DNA of 64,000 bases from assembly GCA_963664875.1 (NCBI GenBank), contig OY761611.1, forward strand, positions 2,272,001 to 2,336,000. The letters are read 5' to 3'. A model generated the notes under the pieces. That model saw only the letters and a list, made by a program, of their open reading frames with translations. It was not told the origin of the DNA and ran no database searches. Positions 9,926 through 20,815 of the stretch are shown here, in pieces (position 1 is the first letter of the stretch; each line of letters begins with the position of its first letter). The translations under genes were made by a program, and so were the position numbers. This DNA comes from Candidatus Kapaibacterium sp. (GTDB lineage Bacteria; Bacteroidota; Ignavibacteria; Kapaibacteriales; UBA2268).

Positions 9926-12900
9926 TTGCCGAAAAAAATCTATTTGTTACAATTGAACGGCATCCGAATAAAGCTTTATGTTATAATGGAAAGACTTATG
10001 AGTGTCAATAAAAGAATATCAGGTTTTATAAAAAGTTTAATTACAGTCGTAGTATTTATAGTTCTTTTTGCCTTGCCATCGAGTGCGGAAGCTCCTCAAT
10101 ATATGGGCAATTATAACTTGATGCAGAGACAGATTCTGTTAAGCTCTATGAGTCTGAGCAGTATCTTTTATAATTTCAACATTTGGTATAATTTGTATTT
10201 GATGCAAATGTTCCAAAGAGACAACCTTTTCAAAAAAGACACCAGCGACTACAAACCTGCTTTTTTGAAAATTCCTGAGATAGACGGGAATATTTATCGC
10301 GACAATTCATTAGGGAACGATAGACTCGACAGTCTTGATATTTATTCGAGAGAGGACAAAATTGATACTCTCGGACAAAATGTAAGCTCTAAAGAAAAAA
10401 TCGGAGATGTGGATCTTGGATATACTTATGATTTGGATCTTGACAGTTATCTAAGACAACGCAAGGAACATTTACAACGTGAAGTCTGGGATTCGATTTT
10501 AACTCAATATGATTTGAAGAAAGCTCTTTCTAAAGGTGATTTAGCCAAAATGCTCGCACAATCTACCGGACTTACAATACCACTACCTCCTAATCCGGTA
10601 ATTGGTATATTCGGCAAGCCACAGATTAGAGTCAATGTGCATGGTCAGGTCAATATTAGGGTAGGCTGGAGATGGGATTCACAAAATCTCGGTACAGTCT
10701 CTGCTTTTGGACAGACTCAATCCTCGCCTATCTTTAGTCAGGATATTAAAGTTGGGGTTAACGCTCAGATTGGCGACAAACTTAAGTTAGTAACCGACTG
10801 GGACACAAAAAGGATGTTCGAGTTCCAAAACAAATTTAAAATTGGTTTCGAAGGCGAAGACGATGACATTATCAAATTGGTAGAAGTCGGAAATGTAAGC
10901 CTGCCGCTCGAATCTACTTTAATAAGTGGAGGTGAGGCATTGTTCGGAGTAAGAGCAGACTTCCAATTTGGGCCTTTGTATCTAAAAACATTATTTTCTC
11001 AGAGAAAAGGTCAGAAGAAGTTTGTAGATGTAAGAGGTGGAGCTTCACGCCAGTATTTCAATTTGCGTGCTTATGACTATGCAAAAAATCACTTTTTTAT
11101 AGATACTGCCTATAAAGCTGTTTATGATGATTACTTTAAGAACTCGACACCTGTTGCGTCCAAAGAATTTGCACATCTAAGAGTAAAAGAAATTGAGGTA
11201 TGGGAAGCTACCAATCAGGTAACAGAAACCCGCTCTGCCATTTCGGTTGCTCACTCCGATTTGCCTGGTGTGCGCCGTAAACTTGGTGAAAACTATACAC
11301 CTGACATCAAAAACAAACCAATACAGTCCGGTATAGTCGAGCGAGGTAGATTTGTCCGCTTGGATTCAAATAAATACACTTTTGACTATAATCTTGGTAC
11401 TTTAAGTATCCATAATCTCCGACAGGATAGGTATTATGCAGTTTCATACCGCATAGAAGGTCCGACTAGCTCCAATGAAGATGATATTTATGTCGGCGAT
11501 TTGTCGTATTTAGTTGGCGAACGTGATTCGCTTATATTAAAACTCGTCTATAGACCAAATATGCAACCGGGTTTTGCATCGCTTTGGTCCAGACAGATGA
11601 AAAACAAATATTCTATCAATTCTACAAATGTCAATACAACAGACACTCGAATCGGGGTATGGTACATTAGGCAATCTAATGACTCTACTGATGTGATTGA
11701 GGGATCTAACGAAAAACTTGTTACCATTTTTGGTGTGGACAGGGTAAATAATAGTACTGGTTCTACTCCGGCAGATGGTATGTTCGATTTGAGACCACCT
11801 TTCTTCGATCCGATTAGAGGCGAAATTACCTTCCCATCGACGGAGCCATTTGGAGATGGATTGAGGCGGTATTTTTCAGATCCTTTAAAGAATCTAAATC
11901 CTGGCGATGCTGAGAATTATGTTTTTGATGAAGTTTATGACACGACTTATGATGTTGCTCGCCGCAATACAGCTCGCGATAGATTTATGATTACCGGTGA
12001 AGTAACCGGCAGACAGTCTAATAGAATTTTCCTTGGCGGTTATAACATACCGCAGGGTAGCGTTAGAGTTACTTTAGACGGTCGTCCGTTGAAAGAGTTC
12101 CAGGACTATATCGTAGATTATTATTCAGGTATGCTAACTTTAAAAAATGAGCGTGCTACACTTCCAAATGCAAACTTGAGAATAGAATACGAACAGCAGG
12201 ATATCTTTAATGTCTCGACACGAACTCTGGCAGGGATTAGGGCAGATTATAAGCTCTATGAGCAGAGGAATATCGAGGCTATACTGGGTATGACCTTTAT
12301 GCACTATGACCAGTCGGCAGTTGTCGATAGGGTAAGGCTTGGAGATGAACCTGTATCAAATAGTATGATTGGTTTAGATGCTAAACTTAACGTAAAAGCG
12401 CCATGGATTACTAAAGCCTTGGATGCACTTCCGTTTTTTGACACAAAAGCAGAATCTTCAATAAATCTTCGTGGTGAGTGGGCTATGATCTTGCCGACTC
12501 CTAATAAACGCAAATCTACAGTTGCTTCTGATAATGGAGCTGCAGTTGTTTATATTGATGATTTTGATGCAGCGCAAAGACATATTTCTCTTGGTATGAA
12601 TGCTACTTTATGGTCTCATTCTTCTCAGCCGGAAGATATTTTTATCGGAGCGAATGACAGTATTCGTGCAGGCTTTAGAGCGAGAACGTTTTGGTTCCAA
12701 TATTTCATACCTTCTGTGCCAACTACGGAAGTATGGCCTAATAGACAAGACATACAACAAGGTAATAGAAATATTTCACCTTTGCATTTAGTTTTCGATC
12801 CCGAATATAGAGGTATTTATAACAAAAACCCTCAATATGTAGATGCTCTAAATCCCGAATTTAATCAAGCAAATGCTTTCTGGGATAACGAATCAAATAT

Positions 12901-15900
12901 GGAACGTATCTGGGGTGGTATGATGAGACTATTCTCTTCATTCAATACTAACTTTGATACAGAGAATATAGAATATATCGAACTAATGATGAAAGTAGAT
13001 CATCAGAGATTTGGAAGCACAAGAATGTTTATCGATATTGGACAAATAAGCGAAGATATTATTCCAAATCAGGCACTTGATACAGAAGACGGAATTACCG
13101 AAGAAAGCACATATCCTAATAATATGATAGATACCGGCGAAGATTTGGGTATTGATGCACTAACTAATGCACAGGAAAAAGAACAGTACCCCGCTCCTTT
13201 GAATCTGGAAGAAGACCCGGCGCGTGATGATTATGCATTCGATTTCCAAAAAGATGACAGAGACAGAGAAGAAGCTGACTTTATAAAATATAATAATTTT
13301 GAAGGAAATTCTTTGATTTCTGAAGTTGGTCAGTTCCCTGACACTGAAGTTTTGAATAAAAACAACGGACAAACTGTATCTCTTGATAATAGTTATTTTA
13401 CCTATGAGGTCAATCTCGACACTCGCCCGACTACTAACCCTCAGATAAAGGGTAGCAATAACGGCTGGAATTTATACCGAATTCCAATCAGAAAACCGGA
13501 CAGCAAAGTAGGTAATCCACTGTTTTCTAATATTCAATATATCAGAGTCAGATTCCAAGGCGGTGTATTCAAAGCAAGAATCGCTGACTGGAGACTTGTC
13601 GGATCGCAATGGCAACGTATAAATAATTTCCAAAACGTTGCTTCAACTGATAGTGTAATGCAGCTCGCTTTTGTGAACCTATGGGATAACAGTGGAGCTC
13701 CGGACTATTACTCTATGCCTCCGGGAGTTGATGCTCCACGTCAGTTGAATAACCCTGATGCAACTCAGGATATTAGACTTAATGAACAATCTCTTTCAGT
13801 TAGCGTTTCAAACTTACGATATGGCGATGAAAGAATGGCTGTTAGAATTTTCCAACCTTTGGATATATTCTACTACAAAAAATTGAAACTCTTTATACAT
13901 GGTGATGGTTCTATGCCTGCGGTAATGGTTCCTGGGGCAGTGCCTAAAGCAAACTTCTTTATCAGATTTGGTATTGACTCGAGCAACTATTACGAGTACA
14001 GACGACCACTCGTGAGCGGCTGGCAGGATATTGAGATTAACCTTGCAGAACTTACTGCAATCAAACAGTCGCGAGATACATCTATGCTTTACGACAGACA
14101 ATATGTGCCTGTCGAAGGTGATGAGCTGGCTTATTTCTACATAAAAGGTAATCCGATACTTACAAGAGTCAATTTCTTTGGTCTTGGTATCGCAAACCCT
14201 GCAGAACGTTTCCCTAACGAATTGACCACTACTATGTGGGTTGATGAACTTAGGCTTTTGGAACCGGAAAACAGAAAAGATTGGGCTGCAGTAGCTAACG
14301 TCAACGTAAAACTTGCAGACCTTGGAAATGTAAATGCATCTTTTGAAAGAAGGGAACCAAACTTCCACCAGTTGGAAGAAAGATTTGGCGACAGAGTCAG
14401 CCAGACCAACTGGACTGTTTCGATGGATGCAAGCTTAGATAAATTTGCTCCTAAATCCATGAGTAAAATGAAAGTACCAATTACTTACACCCACTCTGAG
14501 TTTATGAGCAAACCTGAATACGAAGCAAGTAACGATATTAAATTGGAGCGAGCTGCGGAGTCTGCTTATGCACAAGCAAGAAGAAACGGATATAGCGAAG
14601 ACGAAGCAAGACAAATATCCGAAAGAGTAAAAGTGGAATCACAATCGCTTAGAGTGCAGGACAGCTGGGCTATTACTTCTATGAAACTTGGCATACCTAT
14701 TAGCCATTGGTTGGTAGATAAAACATTAAACGGCTTGACTTTTGGTTATTCTTATGCTCAGGAATTTGAACGTTCTCCGATTTACGAACAGAAATTCAAC
14801 TGGCAGTGGAGATTTAATGTCAAATATGACCTTGCAATACCTGATTTACTTTCATTGCAGCCACTCGGCTTTTTGAAAAAAGTGCCGGTTTTAAATGCCT
14901 ATTCAGATTGGAAAATTAACTTCCTCCCCGGTGCATTTAATGCAGGTTTGGACATGAACAGAAGAAGACAAACTGAGCAATCAAGATTCCTTGATTACCC
15001 GAGTCCTGTGTTCAGAGATTTTACTGCCGTTCAGAGTGCCTCTTTCAACTGGAAACTTACAGAAGGCGGCTTGTTGAGTCCTGAGATACAATATACTGTA
15101 AATACAAATTCAACTCTTGTACCTTATGAATTGGACGAAGACGGCAATCAAAGGACAGGAGCAGATCTATGGAGATATATCTTTAGTGGCGGTTTGAATC
15201 TTGGTAATAACAATCTCCATTCGCAGACTGTAAACATCAACTTCAAGCCTGTACTGCCTAACATCTTAGGTATGAGCAAGTATTTTGCGATCACAGGGAG
15301 CTACAATGTCAATTATCAATGGCAAGATCCTATGCAACCGGATCCGGCACTTCGTGATTTGGTTAAAAATGCGAGCTACAATGCATCATTGAGATTTAAA
15401 ATTGACTGGCAGCTTATGAAGCTGGGCGATGAGTGGTTTGGCAAAAAAGCTCCGGAAAGAAAAAAACGCATAAGCAGAAGTAAATCAGACGATGATAAAG
15501 AAAAAGCTAACCAGGCAGCTCAAGAAGGTGGAATTTGGGATGCTACTATGAGCACAATCAAAACTATTTTCTTTGACTGGCAAAAAGTTACTTTTAGCTT
15601 CAACCAGAATAATACTGCCAATAACCCAGGGGTTTACGGCGGTACCGGTATGAATAACTTCTGGGGAAGAGGTCTTACTTTCCGTGATTCTAAACAGATG
15701 TACGGACCAAGTTTTGCCTACCAGCTTGGCTTGGTATCGAATCCTCACGGAGGATTTCGTACAAATGGTTTTGGATTTGAAACTTATACAGGTCTCAGAC
15801 CTGCTGATGGTGTAATGCAGGACAACTATAATCAGTCCACTAACCTTAAAGCAAACACTTCAAGACCGCTTTGGGAAGGTGCGATGTTAAATCTCGAATG

Positions 15901-16882
15901 GAATACTGATTTTGGATATACGCGTAATCAGACAGTAGTGACAGATGAAAATGGTGTACCTGATTTTACAAATATTATGGCGACAGAAAACTTTAAACGT
16001 TCTTATATTAGTTTCCCTTCGTTCTTTGGGTTCAATTTATTCAGCAACACAATCGAAAATGTAATAGATTTATACGAACAGAGAAGACCGGGCATTCTAA
16101 ATTCAGACTTAGACACTGTTTCTAAAAATCAGGCTTTGCAAAATGCACTTTCAGAATCTTTCTACGAAGGACTTGAAGCATTCAGTCTCTTTGGGGTTGG
16201 CAAAATTGGTAAATTCTTACCTGCTGTCAACTGGGAGATTACATGGGAAGGCATGGAAAAATTCCCTCTTTGGAGTAGCTTTATAGACAAAATGCGTTTC
16301 CAACATAAATACAAATCTTCCTATCAGGAAAATGTATTGATCACTGACAACGGACGAGCTGTTCAAAATCAGGTAATTGAGTATGAGTTTGCACCGCTTT
16401 TTGGCTGGAATCTAACTTTTGATGAAGATTTGTTTGACGGCATATTGAATGCAGAAGCGAAATACAGCACAAAAACTTCTTACAATTTGAACTCTGCAAA
16501 CCGCTCTACTATAACCAGACAAAGGACAGATGACATAACCATCAGAGCCGGCTACACGATGAAAGGATTTGAGTTCCCGCTTTTCGGACTTGTTCTAAAA
16601 AATGATCTTGAGTATGCTTTCTTGTTTACATTCAAAAACAACTCAAGTGCTACTTATGACATATTGGATAAAGCGAGCTTGAACGACAACGAAGGAAGAA
16701 CTCTAAACGGCAATAAACAAATTATCTTAGAACCGAGTGCAAGGTATTCGATTTCAGATAGATTTACTGCAGCGTTGTTTTTCCGCTATGAAGGCACATT
16801 TACCGAAGGGGCTGCCTCTCCGGGCTTCCACACTACTCAGGTAGGGCTTGATATTAGGATGTCTATTGCCGGTGGCAGGTAA
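9926..16882 (+). CDS. sprA: Type IX secretion system translocon SprA/Sov (true start probably ATG 9986 or 9998)
   Basis: ~2300 aa; GEDDDIIKLVEVGNVSLPL, LFGVRADFQFG, DYIVDYYSG, YIDDFD, DIGQISED, MWVDELRL, KLADLG; beta-strand C-terminus. Confidence 0.93.
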   Translation: MPKKIYLLQLNGIRIKLYVIMERLMSVNKRISGFIKSLITVVVFIVLFALPSSAEAPQYMGNYNLMQRQILLSSMSLSSIFYNFNIWYNLYLMQMFQRDNLFKKDTSDYKPAFLKIPEIDGNIYRDNSLGNDRLDSLDIYSREDKIDTLGQNVSSKEKIGDVDLGYTYDLDLDSYLRQRKEHLQREVWDSILTQYDLKKALSKGDLAKMLAQSTGLTIPLPPNPVIGIFGKPQIRVNVHGQVNIRVGWRWDSQNLGTVSAFGQTQSSPIFSQDIKVGVNAQIGDKLKLVTDWDTKRMFEFQNKFKIGFEGEDDDIIKLVEVGNVSLPLESTLISGGEALFGVRADFQFGPLYLKTLFSQRKGQKKFVDVRGGASRQYFNLRAYDYAKNHFFIDTAYKAVYDDYFKNSTPVASKEFAHLRVKEIEVWEATNQVTETRSAISVAHSDLPGVRRKLGENYTPDIKNKPIQSGIVERGRFVRLDSNKYTFDYNLGTLSIHNLRQDRYYAVSYRIEGPTSSNEDDIYVGDLSYLVGERDSLILKLVYRPNMQPGFASLWSRQMKNKYSINSTNVNTTDTRIGVWYIRQSNDSTDVIEGSNEKLVTIFGVDRVNNSTGSTPADGMFDLRPPFFDPIRGEITFPSTEPFGDGLRRYFSDPLKNLNPGDAENYVFDEVYDTTYDVARRNTARDRFMITGEVTGRQSNRIFLGGYNIPQGSVRVTLDGRPLKEFQDYIVDYYSGMLTLKNERATLPNANLRIEYEQQDIFNVSTRTLAGIRADYKLYEQRNIEAILGMTFMHYDQSAVVDRVRLGDEPVSNSMIGLDAKLNVKAPWITKALDALPFFDTKAESSINLRGEWAMILPTPNKRKSTVASDNGAAVVYIDDFDAAQRHISLGMNATLWSHSSQPEDIFIGANDSIRAGFRARTFWFQYFIPSVPTTEVWPNRQDIQQGNRNISPLHLVFDPEYRGIYNKNPQYVDALNPEFNQANAFWDNESNMERIWGGMMRLFSSFNTNFDTENIEYIELMMKVDHQRFGSTRMFIDIGQISEDIIPNQALDTEDGITEESTYPNNMIDTGEDLGIDALTNAQEKEQYPAPLNLEEDPARDDYAFDFQKDDRDREEADFIKYNNFEGNSLISEVGQFPDTEVLNKNNGQTVSLDNSYFTYEVNLDTRPTTNPQIKGSNNGWNLYRIPIRKPDSKVGNPLFSNIQYIRVRFQGGVFKARIADWRLVGSQWQRINNFQNVASTDSVMQLAFVNLWDNSGAPDYYSMPPGVDAPRQLNNPDATQDIRLNEQSLSVSVSNLRYGDERMAVRIFQPLDIFYYKKLKLFIHGDGSMPAVMVPGAVPKANFFIRFGIDSSNYYEYRRPLVSGWQDIEINLAELTAIKQSRDTSMLYDRQYVPVEGDELAYFYIKGNPILTRVNFFGLGIANPAERFPNELTTTMWVDELRLLEPENRKDWAAVANVNVKLADLGNVNASFERREPNFHQLEERFGDRVSQTNWTVSMDASLDKFAPKSMSKMKVPITYTHSEFMSKPEYEASNDIKLERAAESAYAQARRNGYSEDEARQISERVKVESQSLRVQDSWAITSMKLGIPISHWLVDKTLNGLTFGYSYAQEFERSPIYEQKFNWQWRFNVKYDLAIPDLLSLQPLGFLKKVPVLNAYSDWKINFLPGAFNAGLDMNRRRQTEQSRFLDYPSPVFRDFTAVQSASFNWKLTEGGLLSPEIQYTVNTNSTLVPYELDEDGNQRTGADLWRYIFSGGLNLGNNNLHSQTVNINFKPVLPNILGMSKYFAITGSYNVNYQWQDPMQPDPALRDLVKNASYNASLRFKIDWQLMKLGDEWFGKKAPERKKRISRSKSDDDKEKANQAAQEGGIWDATMSTIKTIFFDWQKVTFSFNQNNTANNPGVYGGTGMNNFWGRGLTFRDSKQMYGPSFAYQLGLVSNPHGGFRTNGFGFETYTGLRPADGVMQDNYNQSTNLKANTSRPLWEGAMLNLEWNTDFGYTRNQTVVTDENGVPDFTNIMATENFKRSYISFPSFFGFNLFSNTIENVIDLYEQRRPGILNSDLDTVSKNQALQNALSESFYEGLEAFSLFGVGKIGKFLPAVNWEITWEGMEKFPLWSSFIDKMRFQHKYKSSYQENVLITDNGRAVQNQVIEYEFAPLFGWNLTFDEDLFDGILNAEAKYSTKTSYNLNSANRSTITRQRTDDITIRAGYTMKGFEFPLFGLVLKNDLEYAFLFTFKNNSSATYDILDKASLNDNEGRTLNGNKQIILEPSARYSISDRFTAALFFRYEGTFTEGAASPGFHTTQVGLDIRMSIAGGR

Positions 16883-16909
16883 AATCAGAACAGAATTTAG
16901 ATAAATATC

Positions 16910-16956
16910 AAAAAAGGAGTGTTTATTCGAACTAAAATGAAAAACACTCCTTTTTT
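16910..16956. terminator. Bidirectional terminator between convergent sprA and bfr
   Basis: AAAAAGGAGTGTTT...AAACACTCCTTTTT inverted repeat. Confidence 0.75.
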
Positions 16957-16959
16957 CTA

Positions 16960-17463
16960 TTATTCCGGTCTTTGACCCATAGAGATAGATTTGCTTCTTT
17001 CGATAGATTGAAGAGCCAAATAATTATCGCCAAACTTAGTGAGATTGTCAAGTTCTACGTCGAATTGATCGCCGTGTCTTTCTTCGTCTTCTACTAAGGA
17101 TTCAAATAATTTTTTTGAAACCGAATCTGCATTTGCAGAGCATTCATTTGCCCAGATATTGTAATCCGTTGCACTCGAATCTTCCATAGCAACTGCGATT
17201 TCTAACATTTCACGTACATTGTGAATCTTTTTAACATCTTCAGCAGGTTTCATTTCGACTTCGCCTTTTAGGAATAGTATCCTTTCGGCAAGCATTTCTA
17301 TATGCATCATTTCCTGTATAGCTGTAGTTTTGAAAAGCTGTGCAAGCAAATCATAACCTTGGTCATCGCAGTGAAAATGGAAGTACATATATTGATGCAC
17401 TGCAGTCAATTCGTCAGCAATTGCTTTGTTGAGCAATTCGATGCTTCTTTCTTTTTTAGCCAT
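16960..17463 (-). CDS. bfr: Bacterioferritin
   Basis: ELTAVHQY, EMMHIE (ferroxidase residues plus heme Met), ERILFLKG, DEERH. Confidence 0.9.
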   Translation of the reverse strand: MAKKERSIELLNKAIADELTAVHQYMYFHFHCDDQGYDLLAQLFKTTAIQEMMHIEMLAERILFLKGEVEMKPAEDVKKIHNVREMLEIAVAMEDSSATDYNIWANECSANADSVSKKLFESLVEDEERHGDQFDVELDNLTKFGDNYLALQSIERSKSISMGQRPE

Positions 17464-17681
17464 TTCTGAACCTCTTGAGTATATATTGAGTATAGTAATT
17501 TTATTATTTCAGATGTGATTGATATGATAATATAGTCAATATTTATTACTGTTACAAGCTTTGTGCACAAGATTTTATACCGTTTGAGAGAATCATCTGA
17601 TATATAAAACCTCGTATCAAATTGTGAATTTGGCACGAGGTTTTTATAGATTCAATGCTTACTTTTATCTTTGCAAATATA

Positions 17682-18050
17682 TTATTTGGAGTTATTCTTG
17701 CTTTTGAGAGGACCAAACCTGAAATTGAGATAGGCTGAGCAACCAAGAGAAGCCATTAGATATATGCTTGCTAACAAATCTATCTCATAGTTAATTATAC
17801 CCATGCTTTTCAAACCAAGGAGCAAAGGCAAAATAAACAAAGAAGACAAGAGAATAGAAAACATAATTCGCAGTTTTGTTGTTTTTATTATTTCGTCAAG
17901 ATTCGGCACTACAGAATCTACGCTAATCAAGAAAAAACACACAGGATTCATAATGTACAAAACAACACCTTTTTGCTCTAACGCAAAAAGAGAAATCAGC
18001 ATCCCCACAATACCAAGTATCGAAAGGGCTGACAGAATTTTTTTCTGCAT
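17682..18050 (-). CDS. Hypothetical membrane protein (~4 TM)
   Basis: Likely start MQKK at 18050, 2 nt after the upstream stop; four hydrophobic segments. Confidence 0.6.
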   Translation of the reverse strand: MQKKILSALSILGIVGMLISLFALEQKGVVLYIMNPVCFFLISVDSVVPNLDEIIKTTKLRIMFSILLSSLFILPLLLGLKSMGIINYEIDLLASIYLMASLGCSAYLNFRFGPLKSKNNSK

Positions 18051-18052
18051 AG

Positions 18053-18346
18053 TTACTCCGCAGTATATTGCTCTACGACTAAGCGGAACTCTTCCGGCAA
18101 CGCAGTTCTTGCTCCATCCGGGAAGACTATTCTGCATTTCTTATTTTCAATAGAGCCTTTGATTGTATATTTGGACTTTACGATAACTCTGAAAAATGGC
18201 TTGCCTAAAGTCTCATTGATAGCAAGTTTGCCTAATGTGCCAATATGTTTTGCAAAATCAATTGCAATTGGGTTGTCAAAATATATGTCAAGTATCGAAG
18301 AGCTTTCGAGGCAGCCTTCGATTTGTTTTGTGCTTATAATTTTCAT
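18053..18346 (-). CDS. Hypothetical protein abutting the cysteine desulfurase gene
   Basis: 97 aa ORF starts immediately after the upstream stop; KPFFRV...IKG. Confidence 0.65.
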   Translation of the reverse strand: MKIISTKQIEGCLESSSILDIYFDNPIAIDFAKHIGTLGKLAINETLGKPFFRVIVKSKYTIKGSIENKKCRIVFPDGARTALPEEFRLVVEQYTAE

Positions 18347-19489
18347 CTATCTTACAAATGTATTAACAATATCCTTTACTGCTTCTATAAAACGATTGAT
18401 TTCATCATCGCTTGTAAAATAAGACGGACTGCAGCGTACTGTGCCCCAAGCGTCTATGCCCAAAGGTTTTAAGGTCAGAGGAGCACAATGTACCCCAGCT
18501 CTTACAAATATATCGTAAGATGATTCTAAAATGTAATTGACCTCTTCAGGTGCCATTTTGCCTATGTTGAAGGTGTAAACTGAATAGCTGTTTTTTGTCT
18601 CCGATTTGTATGATTTTATCTCAGGAATAGCATCTAATTCTGCAATTACCTTTTTCATCATTTTTTTCTTTGTCTCGTGTATAGTTTCCACTCCTTGAGT
18701 GAGTAGCCATTTGACACCAGCATTGAGCGAGACTATGCCTGGTTTGTTTGGAGTTCCGCTTTCGAGATAATAAGGTAACTCTTTGGGTTGGAGAAGGGAC
18801 ATGCTTCTAATGCCGGTGCCGCCTGTTTTTAGAGGTTCGAGTTCGATTCCTTCTTTTATATATAATCCTCCGATACCCTGAATGCCATACAAATTTTTAT
18901 GCCCTGTAAATGCCATTAAATCTACATCCATATCAACTACATCAATAGGAATTGCACCGGCACCCTGTGAGGCATCTAAAATAAAGATACATCCGTGGGC
19001 GTGAGCTATTTTAGCAATTTCTTTTACATCCTGAATCGTTCCTGTTACATTAGAAACAAAATTTAGAACAACAACTTTTGTTCTTCCATTGATTAGTTCC
19101 TCTATAGATTTTGGCTCGACATATCCTGTCTCGTCGCATACTGCAAAATCAACATCTATAAGTCCTTTTTCCTGTAGTGCATTTAACGGTCTGATAACGG
19201 AATTATGCTCGATAGTAGTAGCAACCACATGACAGTCTGATAGTTTGAGTCCTTTTATTGCCAAATTTAAAGATTCTGTGCTTCCGGAAGTAAAGATGAT
19301 ATTATTGGGATTGGGAGCATTGAAAAGTTTAGCAAGCAGAGCTCTCGTTTCTGCAACTATATCAATACCTTCTTCGCCGCTACCGGAACGAGCCGAATGC
19401 AAAGGAGGCTCTGTGATACACAAGTTTACGGCATCTAATGTGTCCTGAGGTTTCGGGTATGTAGTGGCAGCATTATTAAGATATATCAT
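18347..19489 (-). CDS. Cysteine desulfurase-family PLP enzyme (aminotransferase class V)
   Basis: IYLNNAATT, EHNSV, DASQ, FTGHK (PLP Lys), ESGTPN, VRAGVHCAP (catalytic Cys). Confidence 0.92.
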   Translation of the reverse strand: MIYLNNAATTYPKPQDTLDAVNLCITEPPLHSARSGSGEEGIDIVAETRALLAKLFNAPNPNNIIFTSGSTESLNLAIKGLKLSDCHVVATTIEHNSVIRPLNALQEKGLIDVDFAVCDETGYVEPKSIEELINGRTKVVVLNFVSNVTGTIQDVKEIAKIAHAHGCIFILDASQGAGAIPIDVVDMDVDLMAFTGHKNLYGIQGIGGLYIKEGIELEPLKTGGTGIRSMSLLQPKELPYYLESGTPNKPGIVSLNAGVKWLLTQGVETIHETKKKMMKKVIAELDAIPEIKSYKSETKNSYSVYTFNIGKMAPEEVNYILESSYDIFVRAGVHCAPLTLKPLGIDAWGTVRCSPSYFTSDDEINRFIEAVKDIVNTFVR

Positions 19490-19855
19490 ATTTATATTCC
19501 TTCTTAGATTTAATCAAGCTTGTTTAAAATAGGAAAATTTAGTTAGACATTGCATTAAAAAAGCTATTTATACTGCATGTTAATCTGTCTAAAAAAAAAA
19601 TTATAACTCAAAATAGAGATCCCACAGTGAAAAAACAAATATGTTTAAGCACTCTAAAAATATTCGTTATGAGATAAAAAAGTTAACGCTATAATAAGTG
19701 CAACAGAAAGGTAAAATTTGCCACACAAAAAACAATTAAATTTGAAATTTCTTTATTCTTTAATTTTATTAAAATAACAAATTTTCTTATCTTGCTATTT
19801 TACTACATAGCTGGAATTTAATAGGATTCTTAGATTTTCGTGGGGGAGAAAGAAG

Positions 19856-20803
19856 ATGAGAAGACATATATTTTCTATTATGATAATGATGCTTACGGTT
19901 GGACTCATAAGATGTGGATTTGCACAAAGCGATAAAGAACAAGTATTTCAACCTTTAATCAATAAGCTATATGCCGCCGGAGTGGATAGTAATTTTATTC
20001 GCAAAGCTCTAAACAATGCTAATCTTGATTATAACGAAAAATTTGTTAAAATCAACGTAACAGGTGCGTTCAAAAAGCCTGATTATTCCGGGCATTATAA
20101 TAAATTCTCTGTCAAAAAATCTAAAACCTTTTACAAAGAAAATCTTGAATTGCTAAAATCCGCTGAGCAAAAATTTGGTGTTCCTGCAGAAGTTATTGCA
20201 TCTGTTTTGTGGGTAGAAACAAGACATGGTGCTTACCTTGGAAATAACAACATAGCATCTGTATTTTTCAGCACTGCATTGGCAAATCTGCCGGAAAATA
20301 TTCAGATGAATAAAGATGATTTGAAATCCAAATTTGTAGGCGAAGAAGAAGAATTAGATTCACTATTCAAAAGAATAGAAGAAAGAGCAAACAAAAAAGC
20401 AAAGTGGGCTTTCGAGCAGATACTGGCTTTAGAAAAATTAGATAAGGTTTCGCCCATAGACGTATTCGAAATTAAAGGTTCTTGGGCAGGAGCGTTCGGG
20501 ATGTCCCAATTCCTGCCATCCAGCTATATTTCATGGGCTTTCGATGGAGACAGCGACGGTGTAATCAATCTATTCCACAAAGAAGATGCTGTTTTCAGTG
20601 TGGCGAACTATCTTAAAAGCAACGGATGGGGAGAAAGCAATGAAGCACAACGTGCTGCTGTGTTTCATTATAATAACAGCAACGACTATGTAGATGCCGT
20701 CCTAAAACTTGCCTCTTTGATAGTAAGTGAGGATTCGGATACTGACAGCAGTATGCTTAGATTCGACATTAAAACACCCTTGAACAAACAACTTTTAAAT
20801 TAA
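19856..20803 (+). CDS. mltB: Lytic murein transglycosylase, MltB family
   Basis: Signal peptide; WVETRHG, GSWAGAFGMSQFLPSSY, DGDSDG, SVANYL, YNNSNDYV. Confidence 0.88.
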   Translation: MRRHIFSIMIMMLTVGLIRCGFAQSDKEQVFQPLINKLYAAGVDSNFIRKALNNANLDYNEKFVKINVTGAFKKPDYSGHYNKFSVKKSKTFYKENLELLKSAEQKFGVPAEVIASVLWVETRHGAYLGNNNIASVFFSTALANLPENIQMNKDDLKSKFVGEEEELDSLFKRIEERANKKAKWAFEQILALEKLDKVSPIDVFEIKGSWAGAFGMSQFLPSSYISWAFDGDSDGVINLFHKEDAVFSVANYLKSNGWGESNEAQRAAVFHYNNSNDYVDAVLKLASLIVSEDSDTDSSMLRFDIKTPLNKQLLN

Positions 20804-20815
20804 TATAGGTTATTT

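Noticed and set aside
17500-17550. Possible Fur box upstream of bfr (GATATGATAATATAGTCAAT)
   Set aside because: Only a loose match in very AT-rich DNA
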